NCBI GenBank assembly: GCA_963558985.1
Contig: CAUWJW010000001.1
Coordinates: forward strand, 1-34,387
Reading direction: 5' to 3'
DNA from: an uncultured Clostridia bacterium
Lineage (GTDB): Bacteria > Bacillota > Clostridia > Peptostreptococcales > Anaerovoracaceae
DNA length: 34,387 nucleotides
Both the position numbers and the translations under genes were made by a program. Positions 18,701 to 26,924 of the stretch are shown in pieces (within the stretch, counting starts at the first letter, position 1; the number at the start of each line of letters is the position of its first letter). The notes under the pieces are model-generated. The model saw only the letters and a list, made by a program, of their open reading frames with translations. It did no database searches and was not told the DNA's origin.

Positions 18701-19261
18701 AGCGAGCGATATGAATTCCTCACAAAACAGCGAGCAGATGTTTTAGAATCAGCTGACAGCCTCAGCCGCATTATCCGGGACATGGACAAGACGATTAAAG
18801 AGCGTTTTCGAGAAACCTTTGATCAGGTGGTACTTTACTTTGAAGAGGTTTTTGCACAGCTGTTCGGCGGCGGACATGCACAGCTGCGTCTGGATAATGA
18901 GAAGGAGCCGCTGGAATCAGGCATCGAAATTATCGCTCAGCCGCCGGGTAAAAAACTGCAGAACATCAACCTGCTTTCCGGAGGCGAGAAGACAATGACT
19001 GCCATCGCACTGATGTTTGCGGTTTTAAAAACAAAGCCCACCCCGTTTTGCATTTTAGATGAGGTGGAGGCAGCCCTGGATGATGCCAATATTGAGCGTT
19101 TTGCAAAGTATCTGAAAAACTTTGAAGGGATTCAATTTACACTGGTGACGCACCAGAAAGCGACAATGGAACATGCAGATGTGCTTTACGGCGTGACCAT
19201 GCCGGAACAGGGCGTTTCCAAAGTGCTTTCCCTGCGCCTTGGAGAACATTTTGAAATATAG
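15716..19261 (+). CDS. smc: Chromosome segregation protein SMC
   Basis: GFKSF, GPNGSGKSN, coiled coils, hinge GRLTFLP/GG.ITGG, LSGGEK, ILDEVEAALD. Confidence 0.97.
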   Translation: MYFKRMDLHGFKSFADPVTIEFHKGITCVVGPNGSGKSNISDAIRWVLGEQSPKMLRGGKMEEVIFAGTASRKSRGMAEVTLVIDNEQGTLPIDYNEVAITRRMFRSGESEYSINSNPCRLKDIRELIMDTGIGVDGYSLIGQGKISDIISNKTESRREIFEEAAGIVMYRTRKAESEKKLTSTSANLERINDIISEIEGRIDGLREESLKASEYLKLRERNRELEINIALHNMEELEKRNKEMQEDIFRLSEKLETCTQQRGTMEKQLLKIKQKTEQLQNSLEETREQRIRCLEEINRLSGRGNLNRERLRAIEKEKKRLKEEQAALKSKLESEKQSAEALSKEYMLAESRQQEADSRLQEKLREQSGLTADLEQVSQMAEQCKEEIYEIHSSLSGKKTEAASLENLRQTLERRRLQLTEEKSGSEKKNREMLDQFNRLRSENESLETEWKEKLEELTEKETEQKQLSDKKEETVKALEELRLHLGQQTVRQKTIREMESNYEGYHYGVKFIMRSGLPGIYGTVAELITVPRDYEIAIETALGAALQNIVCADDRSAQQAIERLKEKKAGRLTFLPVSSIRGGGSRTPVQMEQAPGFQGFGTDCIRFDKKYENVFQYLLGRVALVDTMEHAVALSKKAAGIRFVTLEGEVINAGGAITGGRYKNKTANFLERKGEIAQLQEKLRQGEKHQEQLRQEDTRLGEALEKKKEEILSLQEGCRHLEMKIFAGKNELEAVEQTIEARRENTGRWDQELENIRMEQGASRTMAQELEEKIRQLQEEMNEKEGLAQKYMDLRDQAKETAVRLREEITEIRLQAGSYESEKNSTRQMEQRVKGSIAELLAELTEKEKQASELETEKEGLQMSHTDTELLVNVQEEKKEQLERRLEELSEERKQETECGHKLGQEKEALEQQMEALRSQKYEMEIKSAKNETQLSGYKEKLWDDFEISYIQAMDYKKQDFAASAAVKENKRIRNRMKELGEVNTGSIKEYETVSERYEFLTKQRADVLESADSLSRIIRDMDKTIKERFRETFDQVVLYFEEVFAQLFGGGHAQLRLDNEKEPLESGIEIIAQPPGKKLQNINLLSGGEKTMTAIALMFAVLKTKPTPFCILDEVEAALDDANIERFAKYLKNFEGIQFTLVTHQKATMEHADVLYGVTMPEQGVSKVLSLRLGEHFEI

Positions 19262-19278
19262 AAAAGGAGACTGAACTT

Positions 19279-20175
19279 ATGGCTTTTGGAAAAAAGAAAG
19301 GTTTTTTTGGAAGGCTGTCGGAGCGGATCGGAGATGTGATTCTTTCCAGACCTTCTATAGATGAGGATTTGCTCGATGAGCTGGAAGAGGTGCTGATTAC
19401 ATCCGATATCGGTATGGAGACCACCATGCACATTATCGAGCAGCTGAGAAAAGACATTAAAAGCAATTACATTACAAAGCCGGCGCAGGTGAAGGAGCAG
19501 CTGAAAAAAATTATTGCAGGGCTCATGGATAAGGGAGAGCGCCACCGCCTTTGCCCCGATACACCGCTGATTATTTTAATGATCGGCATCAATGGAGGCG
19601 GCAAAACAACATCCATCGGAAAGATCGCCCACAAATGCAGGCAGCAGGGTAAGACCGTTATGCTTGCAGCAGCAGACACCTTCCGTGCGGCAGCAAGCGA
19701 GCAGCTTGAGATCTGGGGAGACAGAGTAGGTGTCAATGTAGTGCGCCATCAAGAAGGGGCAGATCCGTCAGCTGTGATATACGATGCCATCCAGTCCGCA
19801 AAGGCCAAGGAAATCGATGTTCTTATCTGCGACACCGCAGGAAGACTGCAGAATAAGAAAAATCTCATGGATGAGCTTTCCAAAATGGATAAGGTGATAA
19901 GCCGTGAATTTCCGGAAGCAGCCAGAGAAAACCTGCTGGTTCTGGATGCCACGACTGGAAAAAATGCAGTGTCCCAGGCAAAAGAATTTAACGAAAGCGC
20001 AGATATTTCAGGCATTGTCCTGACCAAGCTGGATGGGACTGCCAAAGGAGGAATCGTTATTACCATTGCCGATGAATTTGACATGGCAGTAAAATACATT
20101 GGTGTAGGAGAAGGGATCGATGATTTGAAAGAGTTCGATCCGGCTGAATTTGCAGGAGGAATTTTTGATGAGTAA
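19279..20175 (+). CDS. ftsY: Signal recognition particle receptor FtsY
   Basis: [31 protein letters not shown]. Confidence 0.97.
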   Translation: MAFGKKKGFFGRLSERIGDVILSRPSIDEDLLDELEEVLITSDIGMETTMHIIEQLRKDIKSNYITKPAQVKEQLKKIIAGLMDKGERHRLCPDTPLIILMIGINGGGKTTSIGKIAHKCRQQGKTVMLAAADTFRAAASEQLEIWGDRVGVNVVRHQEGADPSAVIYDAIQSAKAKEIDVLICDTAGRLQNKKNLMDELSKMDKVISREFPEAARENLLVLDATTGKNAVSQAKEFNESADISGIVLTKLDGTAKGGIVITIADEFDMAVKYIGVGEGIDDLKEFDPAEFAGGIFDE

Positions 20176-21493
20176 ACCGATCGTTGCCATTGTAGGAAGA
20201 CCCAATGTGGGAAAATCCACCTTTTTTAACAAGGTGGTAGGCCGCAGAGTGGCCATTGTAGAAGATACACCGGGGGTCACCAGAGACCGGATCTATGCAG
20301 AAGCAGAATGGACCGGGATCCACTTTGCCCTGATTGATACCGGAGGGATCGAGCCGGCCAGCAAGGATGTCATCCTTTCACAGATGCGCGAGCAGGCAGA
20401 AGTGGCTATGGCTGCAGCCGATGTAATCCTTTTCATGGTAGATGGAAAAGAGGGTCTGACAGCTGCAGACCGGGAAGTGGGAATGATGCTCATGCGGACA
20501 GGGAAAAAAGTCATCCTTGTCGTAAACAAAGTGGACAAGCCGGTTCTTCCCGATGATTTCTATGACTTTTACGAATTGGGACTGGGGGAACCCATTGCCA
20601 TTTCCTCTGTCAATATGCTCAACTTTGGAGATCTTCTGGATCAGATTGTTGCAAACTTTCCGGAAGGAGAAGGTCTGGAAGAGGAAGACGAAATCAAAAT
20701 TGCAGTCATTGGAAAACCAAATGTGGGGAAATCCTCTCTGATTAATGAACTGCTGGGGGAAAAGCGTGTAATCGTTTCGCCCATTGCAGGCACCACCAGA
20801 GACTCCATAGACACACCTTTTGAAAAAGACGGGGAGAAATACCTGCTCATTGATACAGCAGGGATCCGCAGAAAAAGCAAGGTGAATGAAGATATCGAAC
20901 GGTACAGTGTGATTCGTGCAGTCGCAGCCATTGAGCGGTGTGATGTATGCCTTCTGATGATTGATGCGACAGAGGGAATCACTGAGCAGGATAAGAAAAT
21001 CGCAGGCGTTGCTCATGAAGCAGGCAAGGGAATTGTAGTAGTCGTAAATAAATGGGATCTCATTGAAAAAGAGACCAATACTATGAAGCATTTCAGAAAA
21101 GAGATTGAAAAAGAGCTGACCTTCATGTCCTATGCGCCCTCTGTTTTTATTTCAGTTCTCAACAGACAGAGAGTCACAAACGTGCTGCAGACAGCAAAGG
21201 CAGTGGCAGAAAACAGAAGCATGCGTGTATCTACAGGGCAGCTTAACAGCCTGATTACAGATGCTATGATGATGAAGCAGCCTCCATCAGACAAAGGAAA
21301 GAGACTCAGAATTTATTATGTCACTCAGGTGGGCGTGAAGCCGCCGCTCTTTTCCTTTAAGATTAATTCAAGAGAACTGATGCATTTCTCTTATGCCAGA
21401 TACATGGAGAACAAAATACGGGAAGGCTTCGGATTTGAAGGAACATCCATTAAATTTGTATTCCGAGAGAAGGGTGAGAAAGAAGATGAGTAA
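20168..21493 (+). CDS. der: Ribosome biogenesis GTPase Der (EngA)
   Basis: Two G domains: [17 protein letters not shown] and [17 protein letters not shown]. Confidence 0.97.
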   Translation: MSKPIVAIVGRPNVGKSTFFNKVVGRRVAIVEDTPGVTRDRIYAEAEWTGIHFALIDTGGIEPASKDVILSQMREQAEVAMAAADVILFMVDGKEGLTAADREVGMMLMRTGKKVILVVNKVDKPVLPDDFYDFYELGLGEPIAISSVNMLNFGDLLDQIVANFPEGEGLEEEDEIKIAVIGKPNVGKSSLINELLGEKRVIVSPIAGTTRDSIDTPFEKDGEKYLLIDTAGIRRKSKVNEDIERYSVIRAVAAIERCDVCLLMIDATEGITEQDKKIAGVAHEAGKGIVVVVNKWDLIEKETNTMKHFRKEIEKELTFMSYAPSVFISVLNRQRVTNVLQTAKAVAENRSMRVSTGQLNSLITDAMMMKQPPSDKGKRLRIYYVTQVGVKPPLFSFKINSRELMHFSYARYMENKIREGFGFEGTSIKFVFREKGEKEDE

Positions 21494-22091
21494 CAGTTGG
21501 CTTTTTTGGAGCATGGTTCTTGTTGCATATCTGATCGGCAACATTTCCCCGTCAATTCTTCTTGCAAAAGCCAGAGGAATTGACATAAAAAAGGAGGGGA
21601 GCGGAAATGCGGGAACTACCAATGCGCTTCGTGTAATGGGAAAAAAGGCGGGGGTTATTACTCTGGTAATTGATGTGCTTAAAGGGGTTGCTGCCGTTTT
21701 GCTGGGAGCGTTCATATGCGGGCCGCAGTGCAGCATGTTTTGTGCAGTGGCAGTCATGTTTGGACACATCTGGCCGGTTCTGTACCGGTTCAAAGGCGGA
21801 AAAGGCGTAGCTACAGCCTTCGGAGCGCTTATGGGGCTGAATCCGTGGCTGGGGCTTTCTGCCCTGGGTGTGGTCATAATATGCGTGCTGATTTCAAAGC
21901 GCATGTCCGTAGGCTCGGTCCTGGGGGCATTGTCTTTTCCGCTTCTGTGCTTCTTTCTTGAGCGGGAATTTCTGCCTCTGGGCTGTGTACTGGCAGTCAT
22001 TATTATTGTGAAGCACAGAGCAAATATCGTGCGGCTGTTTCGTGGAGAAGAACCGAAACTGACTATTTTTAACAAGGAGAAAAAACAATGA
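21486..22091 (+). CDS. plsY: Glycerol-3-phosphate acyltransferase PlsY
   Basis: [38 protein letters not shown]. Confidence 0.96.
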   Translation: MSNSWLFWSMVLVAYLIGNISPSILLAKARGIDIKKEGSGNAGTTNALRVMGKKAGVITLVIDVLKGVAAVLLGAFICGPQCSMFCAVAVMFGHIWPVLYRFKGGKGVATAFGALMGLNPWLGLSALGVVIICVLISKRMSVGSVLGALSFPLLCFFLEREFLPLGCVLAVIIIVKHRANIVRLFRGEEPKLTIFNKEKKQ

Positions 22092-23083
22092 AAAGGATTG
22101 GTGTAATTGGAGCGGGAAGCTGGGGTACAGCACTGGCCGTTACCCTCAGCGGCAAAGGACATTCCGTCAGAATCTGGGACGTGGATCCTCAGCACCTGGA
22201 GGAACTGGAAAAAAACAGAGAAAATGTAAGATACCTGCCGGGTATTTCTTTTCATGAAAACCTGCAGGTGGCAAAGTCTGTGGAAGAAGCACTGGAGGGA
22301 GCGGATCTGGCGCTGTTTTCTGCTCCTGCACAGCATTTCAGAAGTGCGCTGCAAAATGCGATTCCTTACCTGAAACCGCAGATGATCCTTGTAAATGTGG
22401 CAAAAGGCATTGAGCAGAAGACTTTGATGCGTATGTCAGAGATCGCATTTGAACTGCTGCCTGATGCAAAATATGCAGTGCTGTCAGGACCGTCCCATGC
22501 AGAGGAAGTGGGGAAGGGACTGCCGACAACAGTAGCGGCGGCTTCAAGAGATCTGAAGCTGGCAGAAGAAGTGCAGGACATTTTTATTACAGACCGTTTC
22601 CGGGTGTATACAACAGAGGATGTGACAGGTGTAGAGCTGGGCGGCGCACTTAAGAATATTATTGCTTTAGGAGCCGGAATTTCAGACGGCATGGGCTTTG
22701 GAGACAATGCCAAAGCTGCACTGATGACAAGAGGTCTTGCGGAAATGAAACGCCTGGGGATTAAGCTGGGCGCTGATCCGGCTACTTTTGCAGGGCTTAC
22801 AGGCGTGGGAGATCTCATTGTCACCTGCACCAGTATGCACTCCAGAAACAGAAGGTGCGGGATCATGATCGGAGAAGGTATGGATCCTAAGGAGGCAACA
22901 GAAAAAGTGGGTATGGTGGTAGAAGGCATGTTTACTACAGAGGCAGCTTATGACCTGGCTGACCGGGAAGGTGTAGAAATGCCTATTACCGATCAGCTCT
23001 ACAAGGTAATCAATGGAAAGACAAATGCAAAAGAAGCGGTAGAGCTGCTCATGGGGAGAGATAAAAAGCATGAACAGGCATAA
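22088..23083 (+). CDS. gpsA: NAD(P)H-dependent glycerol-3-phosphate dehydrogenase
   Basis: GAGSWGTALA, SGPSHAEEV, GGALKN, GDLIVTC.S.HSRN. Confidence 0.97.
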   Translation: MKRIGVIGAGSWGTALAVTLSGKGHSVRIWDVDPQHLEELEKNRENVRYLPGISFHENLQVAKSVEEALEGADLALFSAPAQHFRSALQNAIPYLKPQMILVNVAKGIEQKTLMRMSEIAFELLPDAKYAVLSGPSHAEEVGKGLPTTVAAASRDLKLAEEVQDIFITDRFRVYTTEDVTGVELGGALKNIIALGAGISDGMGFGDNAKAALMTRGLAEMKRLGIKLGADPATFAGLTGVGDLIVTCTSMHSRNRRCGIMIGEGMDPKEATEKVGMVVEGMFTTEAAYDLADREGVEMPITDQLYKVINGKTNAKEAVELLMGRDKKHEQA

Positions 23084-24398
23084 AACATATCATATCACGA
23101 CTTTCGGCTGTCAGATGAATGAACATGATTCCGAAACCATGGCAGGTATGCTGGAAGAGCTTGGGTTTTCAGAAAGTCCGGAGCGTGACAGCGCAGATGT
23201 AGTGCTTATCAACACCTGCAGTGTGCGGGAAAATGCAGATAAACGATTTTTCGGCACACTGGGACAGCTGAAAAAGATTAAAAAAAGCAGACCCGGATTT
23301 GTAGTGGGCGTATGCGGGTGTATGATGCAGCAGCAGCACATTATCGACAGTATCAAGAGCAAGTATCCCTGGGTGGATCTGATTTTCGGAACCCACAATA
23401 TCCACCAGCTTCCCCGGCTTCTTCAGAGCGTGATGGCAGAAAAGGAAAAGATTATAAACGTGTGGGAAGACGGGGGCGACATCGTAGAAGGGCTTCCTGC
23501 AAGACGGCTGTTTCAGCACAAGGCATTTGTGAATATAATGTACGGATGCAACAATTTCTGTACCTACTGCATTGTCCCTTATACCAGAGGAAGAGAACGA
23601 AGCAGAAAACCGGAGGATATTCTGGAGGAAGTAAGACGGCTTACCGGAGACGGCGTGAAGGAAGTAACCCTTTTGGGGCAGAATGTCAACTCCTACAGAG
23701 GCGCAGACGGCACAGATTTTGCGGATTTAATCTACATGCTCAATGAGGTGGAGGGTCTGGAACGGATCCGGTTTATGACATCCCATCCCAAAGACCTTTC
23801 AGACAAACTGATCCGGGCTTACGTGGAATGTGAAAAGCTGTGCAATTACATCCATCTTCCTGTTCAGTCCGGAAGCAGCAGAGTTCTGAAAAGAATGAAC
23901 CGCAAATATACAAGACAAGACTATCTGAAGCTGATTGAGAAGCTGAAAACGGCAGTTCCTGAAATCACAATCAGCACAGATATTATCGTAGGTTTTCCGG
24001 GAGAAACGGAAGAAGACTTTCAGGAAACACTGTCTCTTGTAGAGCAGGTGCGGTATGATTCGGCATTTACCTTCCTTTATTCCATTCGGAAGGGAACGCC
24101 GGCAGAAAAATATGAGGACCAGATACCGGAAGAAACAAAGCACGAGCGCTTTAACCGTCTGGTAGAGCTGGTGAATCGCATATCGGCAGAAAAAAATGCA
24201 GCCTATGAAGGCAGGGTAGAGAAGGTGCTGGCAGAAGGTCCAAGCAAAACGGGAGATCAGATGTACAGTGGCAGGACAGAAGGCTTTAAGCTGATCAACT
24301 TCCCCGGCACGCCGGAAATGATCGGAAAACTCCTGGACATAAAAGTGACAGCAGGCAAAACCTTCAGTCTGGAAGGGGAAGCAGTGATAAAAAAATAG
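23070..24398 (+). CDS. miaB: tRNA methylthiotransferase MiaB
   Basis: TFGCQMNEHDSE, NTCSVRENA, CNNFCTYC radical SAM motif, MTSHPKD, C-terminal TRAM domain. Confidence 0.96.
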   Translation: MNRHKTYHITTFGCQMNEHDSETMAGMLEELGFSESPERDSADVVLINTCSVRENADKRFFGTLGQLKKIKKSRPGFVVGVCGCMMQQQHIIDSIKSKYPWVDLIFGTHNIHQLPRLLQSVMAEKEKIINVWEDGGDIVEGLPARRLFQHKAFVNIMYGCNNFCTYCIVPYTRGRERSRKPEDILEEVRRLTGDGVKEVTLLGQNVNSYRGADGTDFADLIYMLNEVEGLERIRFMTSHPKDLSDKLIRAYVECEKLCNYIHLPVQSGSSRVLKRMNRKYTRQDYLKLIEKLKTAVPEITISTDIIVGFPGETEEDFQETLSLVEQVRYDSAFTFLYSIRKGTPAEKYEDQIPEETKHERFNRLVELVNRISAEKNAAYEGRVEKVLAEGPSKTGDQMYSGRTEGFKLINFPGTPEMIGKLLDIKVTAGKTFSLEGEAVIKK

Positions 24399-24399
24399 A

Positions 24400-24460
24400 A
24401 TAATCAAGAAACCTCCCTAATATACTATAGTGATTTATAGTCAAAGGCACAGGGAGGTTT
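24400..24460 (+). promoter_or_regulatory. Putative sigma-E promoter of spoIVA nested in an RBS-sequestering inverted repeat
   Basis: ATA (24400-24402), 16 bp, AATATACT (24419-24426). AAACCTCCCT (24409-24418) is perfectly complementary to AGGGAGGTTT (24451-24460). Confidence 0.65.
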
Positions 24461-24465
24461 TTGTT

Positions 24466-25944
24466 TTGGAAAGTTTAAATATCTATGAAAGCATTGCTAA
24501 AAGATCCCAGGGTGATATTTATATAGGCGTTGTCGGTCCGGTCCGTGTGGGAAAATCCACCTTTATAAAGCGGTTTATGGATTTGCTGGTTGTGCCTAAT
24601 ATGAAAGATGTTTATGCCAGAGAGAGACTGCTTGATGAAATGCCTCAGAGCGGTTCGGGGAGAACCATCACGACAACAGAGCCCAAATTTGTTCCTGCAC
24701 AGGCGGCAAGTCTGCAGATGCCGGGAAATATGAACTGTCGTGTCCGTCTTGTGGACTGCGTCGGATATTTAGTTCCGCAGGCTCTGGGGCATGTGGAAGA
24801 CGGAAAGTCCAGAATGGTAGACACGCCCTGGGATGAGGAGAAGATTCCATTTGAAGAGGCCGCAGAAAAAGGAACAAGAAAGGTGATAGAAGAACATTCT
24901 ACCATTGGAATTGCAGTGACTACAGACGGAACCACATCAGAAATTCCAAGAGAAAATTATGAAGAGGCAGAAGATAAGGTAATCTGTCAGCTCAAAGAAC
25001 TGAAGAAACCTTTTGTAATTGTAGTAAACTCTGCAGATCCAAAAGGAGCGCCTGCGCAGAAACTGGCAGAGAAGCTGGAAGAAAAGCATAAGGTTCCTGC
25101 CCTTGCAGTTAACTGCGCCCGCATGAAGAAGGAGGAGCTCAACCGGATCATCGAAAAGGTGCTGCATCGGTTTCCCATCAGTGAGGTGGATTTTGAAATG
25201 CCCGGATTTGTGGAAGGACTGCAGCGGGATCACTGGATTAAAAACTCCCTGATTGAAAACCTGCGAGCATGGTCTTGCGGATTTTCATGCGCAGAAGACA
25301 TTGCCGGCACCCAAGACGCACTGATAGACGGAGACATCATCCAGTCCGCCGAAGTAGAAGAACTGGATCTGGGAACCGGCCGTGCAGTGATTCGGATTCA
25401 CATGGCAGACGGTCTTTTTTACAAAGTCATTGAAGAACTGATGGAAGAAAAAGTGGAAAATGATTATGAATTTTTCCGTCTGCTGAAGGAGTTTGCCGCT
25501 GCCAAAAAATCCTACGATAAACTGAAGGGTGCTATGGAACAGGTAGAAGCCACAGGCTACGGTATCGTGCAGCCAAAGCTGACAGAAATGGTGCTGGGTG
25601 AACCGGAAGTGTTCAGACAGGGGGGCAGCTGCGGAATCCGCCTGACAGCAAAGGCGCCCAGCCTGCATATCATACGAACAGATATTACTACAGAGATAGC
25701 ACCTGTAGTAGGAACAGAACAGCAGTCAGAGGAACTGGCAAAACACCTTCTTACCGAATTTGAAAGTCAGCCGGAAAAAATATGGGAAACCAATATTTTC
25801 GGAAAGACACTCTATGATATGGTAGCCGAGCAGATGCAGAGCAAATTATCAGGGATGCCGGACCACATCCGCATAAAAGTGCAGAAATCTCTGCAGAAAA
25901 TCTGCGATGAAGGAAAAGAATATTTTATCTGCATCGTAATCTAG
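24466..25944 (+). CDS. spoIVA: Stage IV sporulation protein A
   Basis: GDIYIGVVGPVRVGKSTFIKRFM, TTEPKFVP, DCVGY, HSTIG, APSLH, IWETNIFGK, C-terminal ICIVI. TTG start after GGGAGG. Confidence 0.96.
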   Translation: MESLNIYESIAKRSQGDIYIGVVGPVRVGKSTFIKRFMDLLVVPNMKDVYARERLLDEMPQSGSGRTITTTEPKFVPAQAASLQMPGNMNCRVRLVDCVGYLVPQALGHVEDGKSRMVDTPWDEEKIPFEEAAEKGTRKVIEEHSTIGIAVTTDGTTSEIPRENYEEAEDKVICQLKELKKPFVIVVNSADPKGAPAQKLAEKLEEKHKVPALAVNCARMKKEELNRIIEKVLHRFPISEVDFEMPGFVEGLQRDHWIKNSLIENLRAWSCGFSCAEDIAGTQDALIDGDIIQSAEVEELDLGTGRAVIRIHMADGLFYKVIEELMEEKVENDYEFFRLLKEFAAAKKSYDKLKGAMEQVEATGYGIVQPKLTEMVLGEPEVFRQGGSCGIRLTAKAPSLHIIRTDITTEIAPVVGTEQQSEELAKHLLTEFESQPEKIWETNIFGKTLYDMVAEQMQSKLSGMPDHIRIKVQKSLQKICDEGKEYFICIVI

Positions 25945-26741
25945 CCGGTTTTAGAAAACTGCAGAAGAAGAGCAGAAAGTGCCTCCCGGTTCAGCGGCCG
26001 TTGCATCACTGCAGTGATATCAAACTCTATGTTTTGGGAAAGCGCCTCTTCATCCTCAGATGACTGAAGGAAAATGAGAGGAATCGTCAGCCCGTCAGGA
26101 CAGCGAGAGCTTCGAATTTCCTTCGCCAGCTCAAAACCGTTCATTCCCATCAGATCGGGGCTGATAATGACAGCGCAGTACTCGCCCTCGGAAGAAAACA
26201 CGAAGCGATCAAAAGCGTCCAGACCGTTTTTTGCTGCTTCACAAGTACCGCCCATTGGTTCAATGGTGTCGCAAAACAGTCGAAAATCTGATTTTTGCCT
26301 GGAGGCAAGGAGAAAATGACAGTTTTTCAGCAGGGAGTCCAGCGGCGGCTCTGTAGGAGAAAGAACGCAGTAAAAATACAGACGTCCTCCGCTTCTCTGC
26401 TCAATGAGCTGAGCAGACAAATCTGTCCAGCGGTAGCTGCCGTCTTTGCACAGGATTCTGCAGGCATAGTGGAAGAAACGGCCTTCGCGCATAGTAGCAA
26501 TAATCTCCCCGTAAAGACGATCCACATGATCCGGATGAAAAACAGCCATAGAATCCTGCTGCGTCAGCGCCATGAGTCCGCCCTTCTCATATCCGAACAT
26601 TTCATCTGCCGCCCGGTTAAAATGCAGGAATCGGATTTCATCGGAAACCAAAAAAAGACATACCCCGGAAGGGATCCCATCTAGCAGTTCCTTTGTATAG
26701 GAACTGTTATTTTCAAAATCATACAATATATTCTTATCCAT
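25941..26741 (-). CDS. PAS domain + degenerate (pseudo) receiver domain protein
   Basis: PAS: NRAADEMFGY..HPDH..RILCKDGSYRW. REC-like: A.NGLDA..F..S..GEY....MNGFELAKEIR...TIPLI, lacking the conserved Asp and Lys residues. Confidence 0.8.
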   Translation of the reverse strand: MDKNILYDFENNSSYTKELLDGIPSGVCLFLVSDEIRFLHFNRAADEMFGYEKGGLMALTQQDSMAVFHPDHVDRLYGEIIATMREGRFFHYACRILCKDGSYRWTDLSAQLIEQRSGGRLYFYCVLSPTEPPLDSLLKNCHFLLASRQKSDFRLFCDTIEPMGGTCEAAKNGLDAFDRFVFSSEGEYCAVIISPDLMGMNGFELAKEIRSSRCPDGLTIPLIFLQSSEDEEALSQNIEFDITAVMQRPLNREALSALLLQFSKTG

Positions 26742-26770
26742 AACACTGTCCCCGTTTTATACCTCATTTT

Positions 26771-26799
26771 ATTATAAAGTCTGGAAACGGGATTGTCAA
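26771..26799 (-). promoter_or_regulatory. Consensus sigma-A promoter for the PAS/pseudo-receiver gene
   Basis: Minus strand TTGACA (26799-26794), 17 bp, TATAAT (26776-26771). Confidence 0.85.
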
Positions 26800-26822
26800 T
26801 TTAAGTAAGCCCTTGTTATAAT
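26793..26822 (+). promoter_or_regulatory. Putative promoter for MFS-pepV, overlapping the divergent promoter
   Basis: TTGTCA (26793-26798), 18 bp, TATAAT (26817-26822) with an upstream TG. Confidence 0.55.
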
Positions 26823-26924
26823 GTAGGAAATATCGTCTGAGATATTTACGCAATTTCTACTTTCTATAATTAGAAAAAAGAGCCAGAACATAATAAAAGA
26901 AAGAAAAAAACACATACTATTGTT

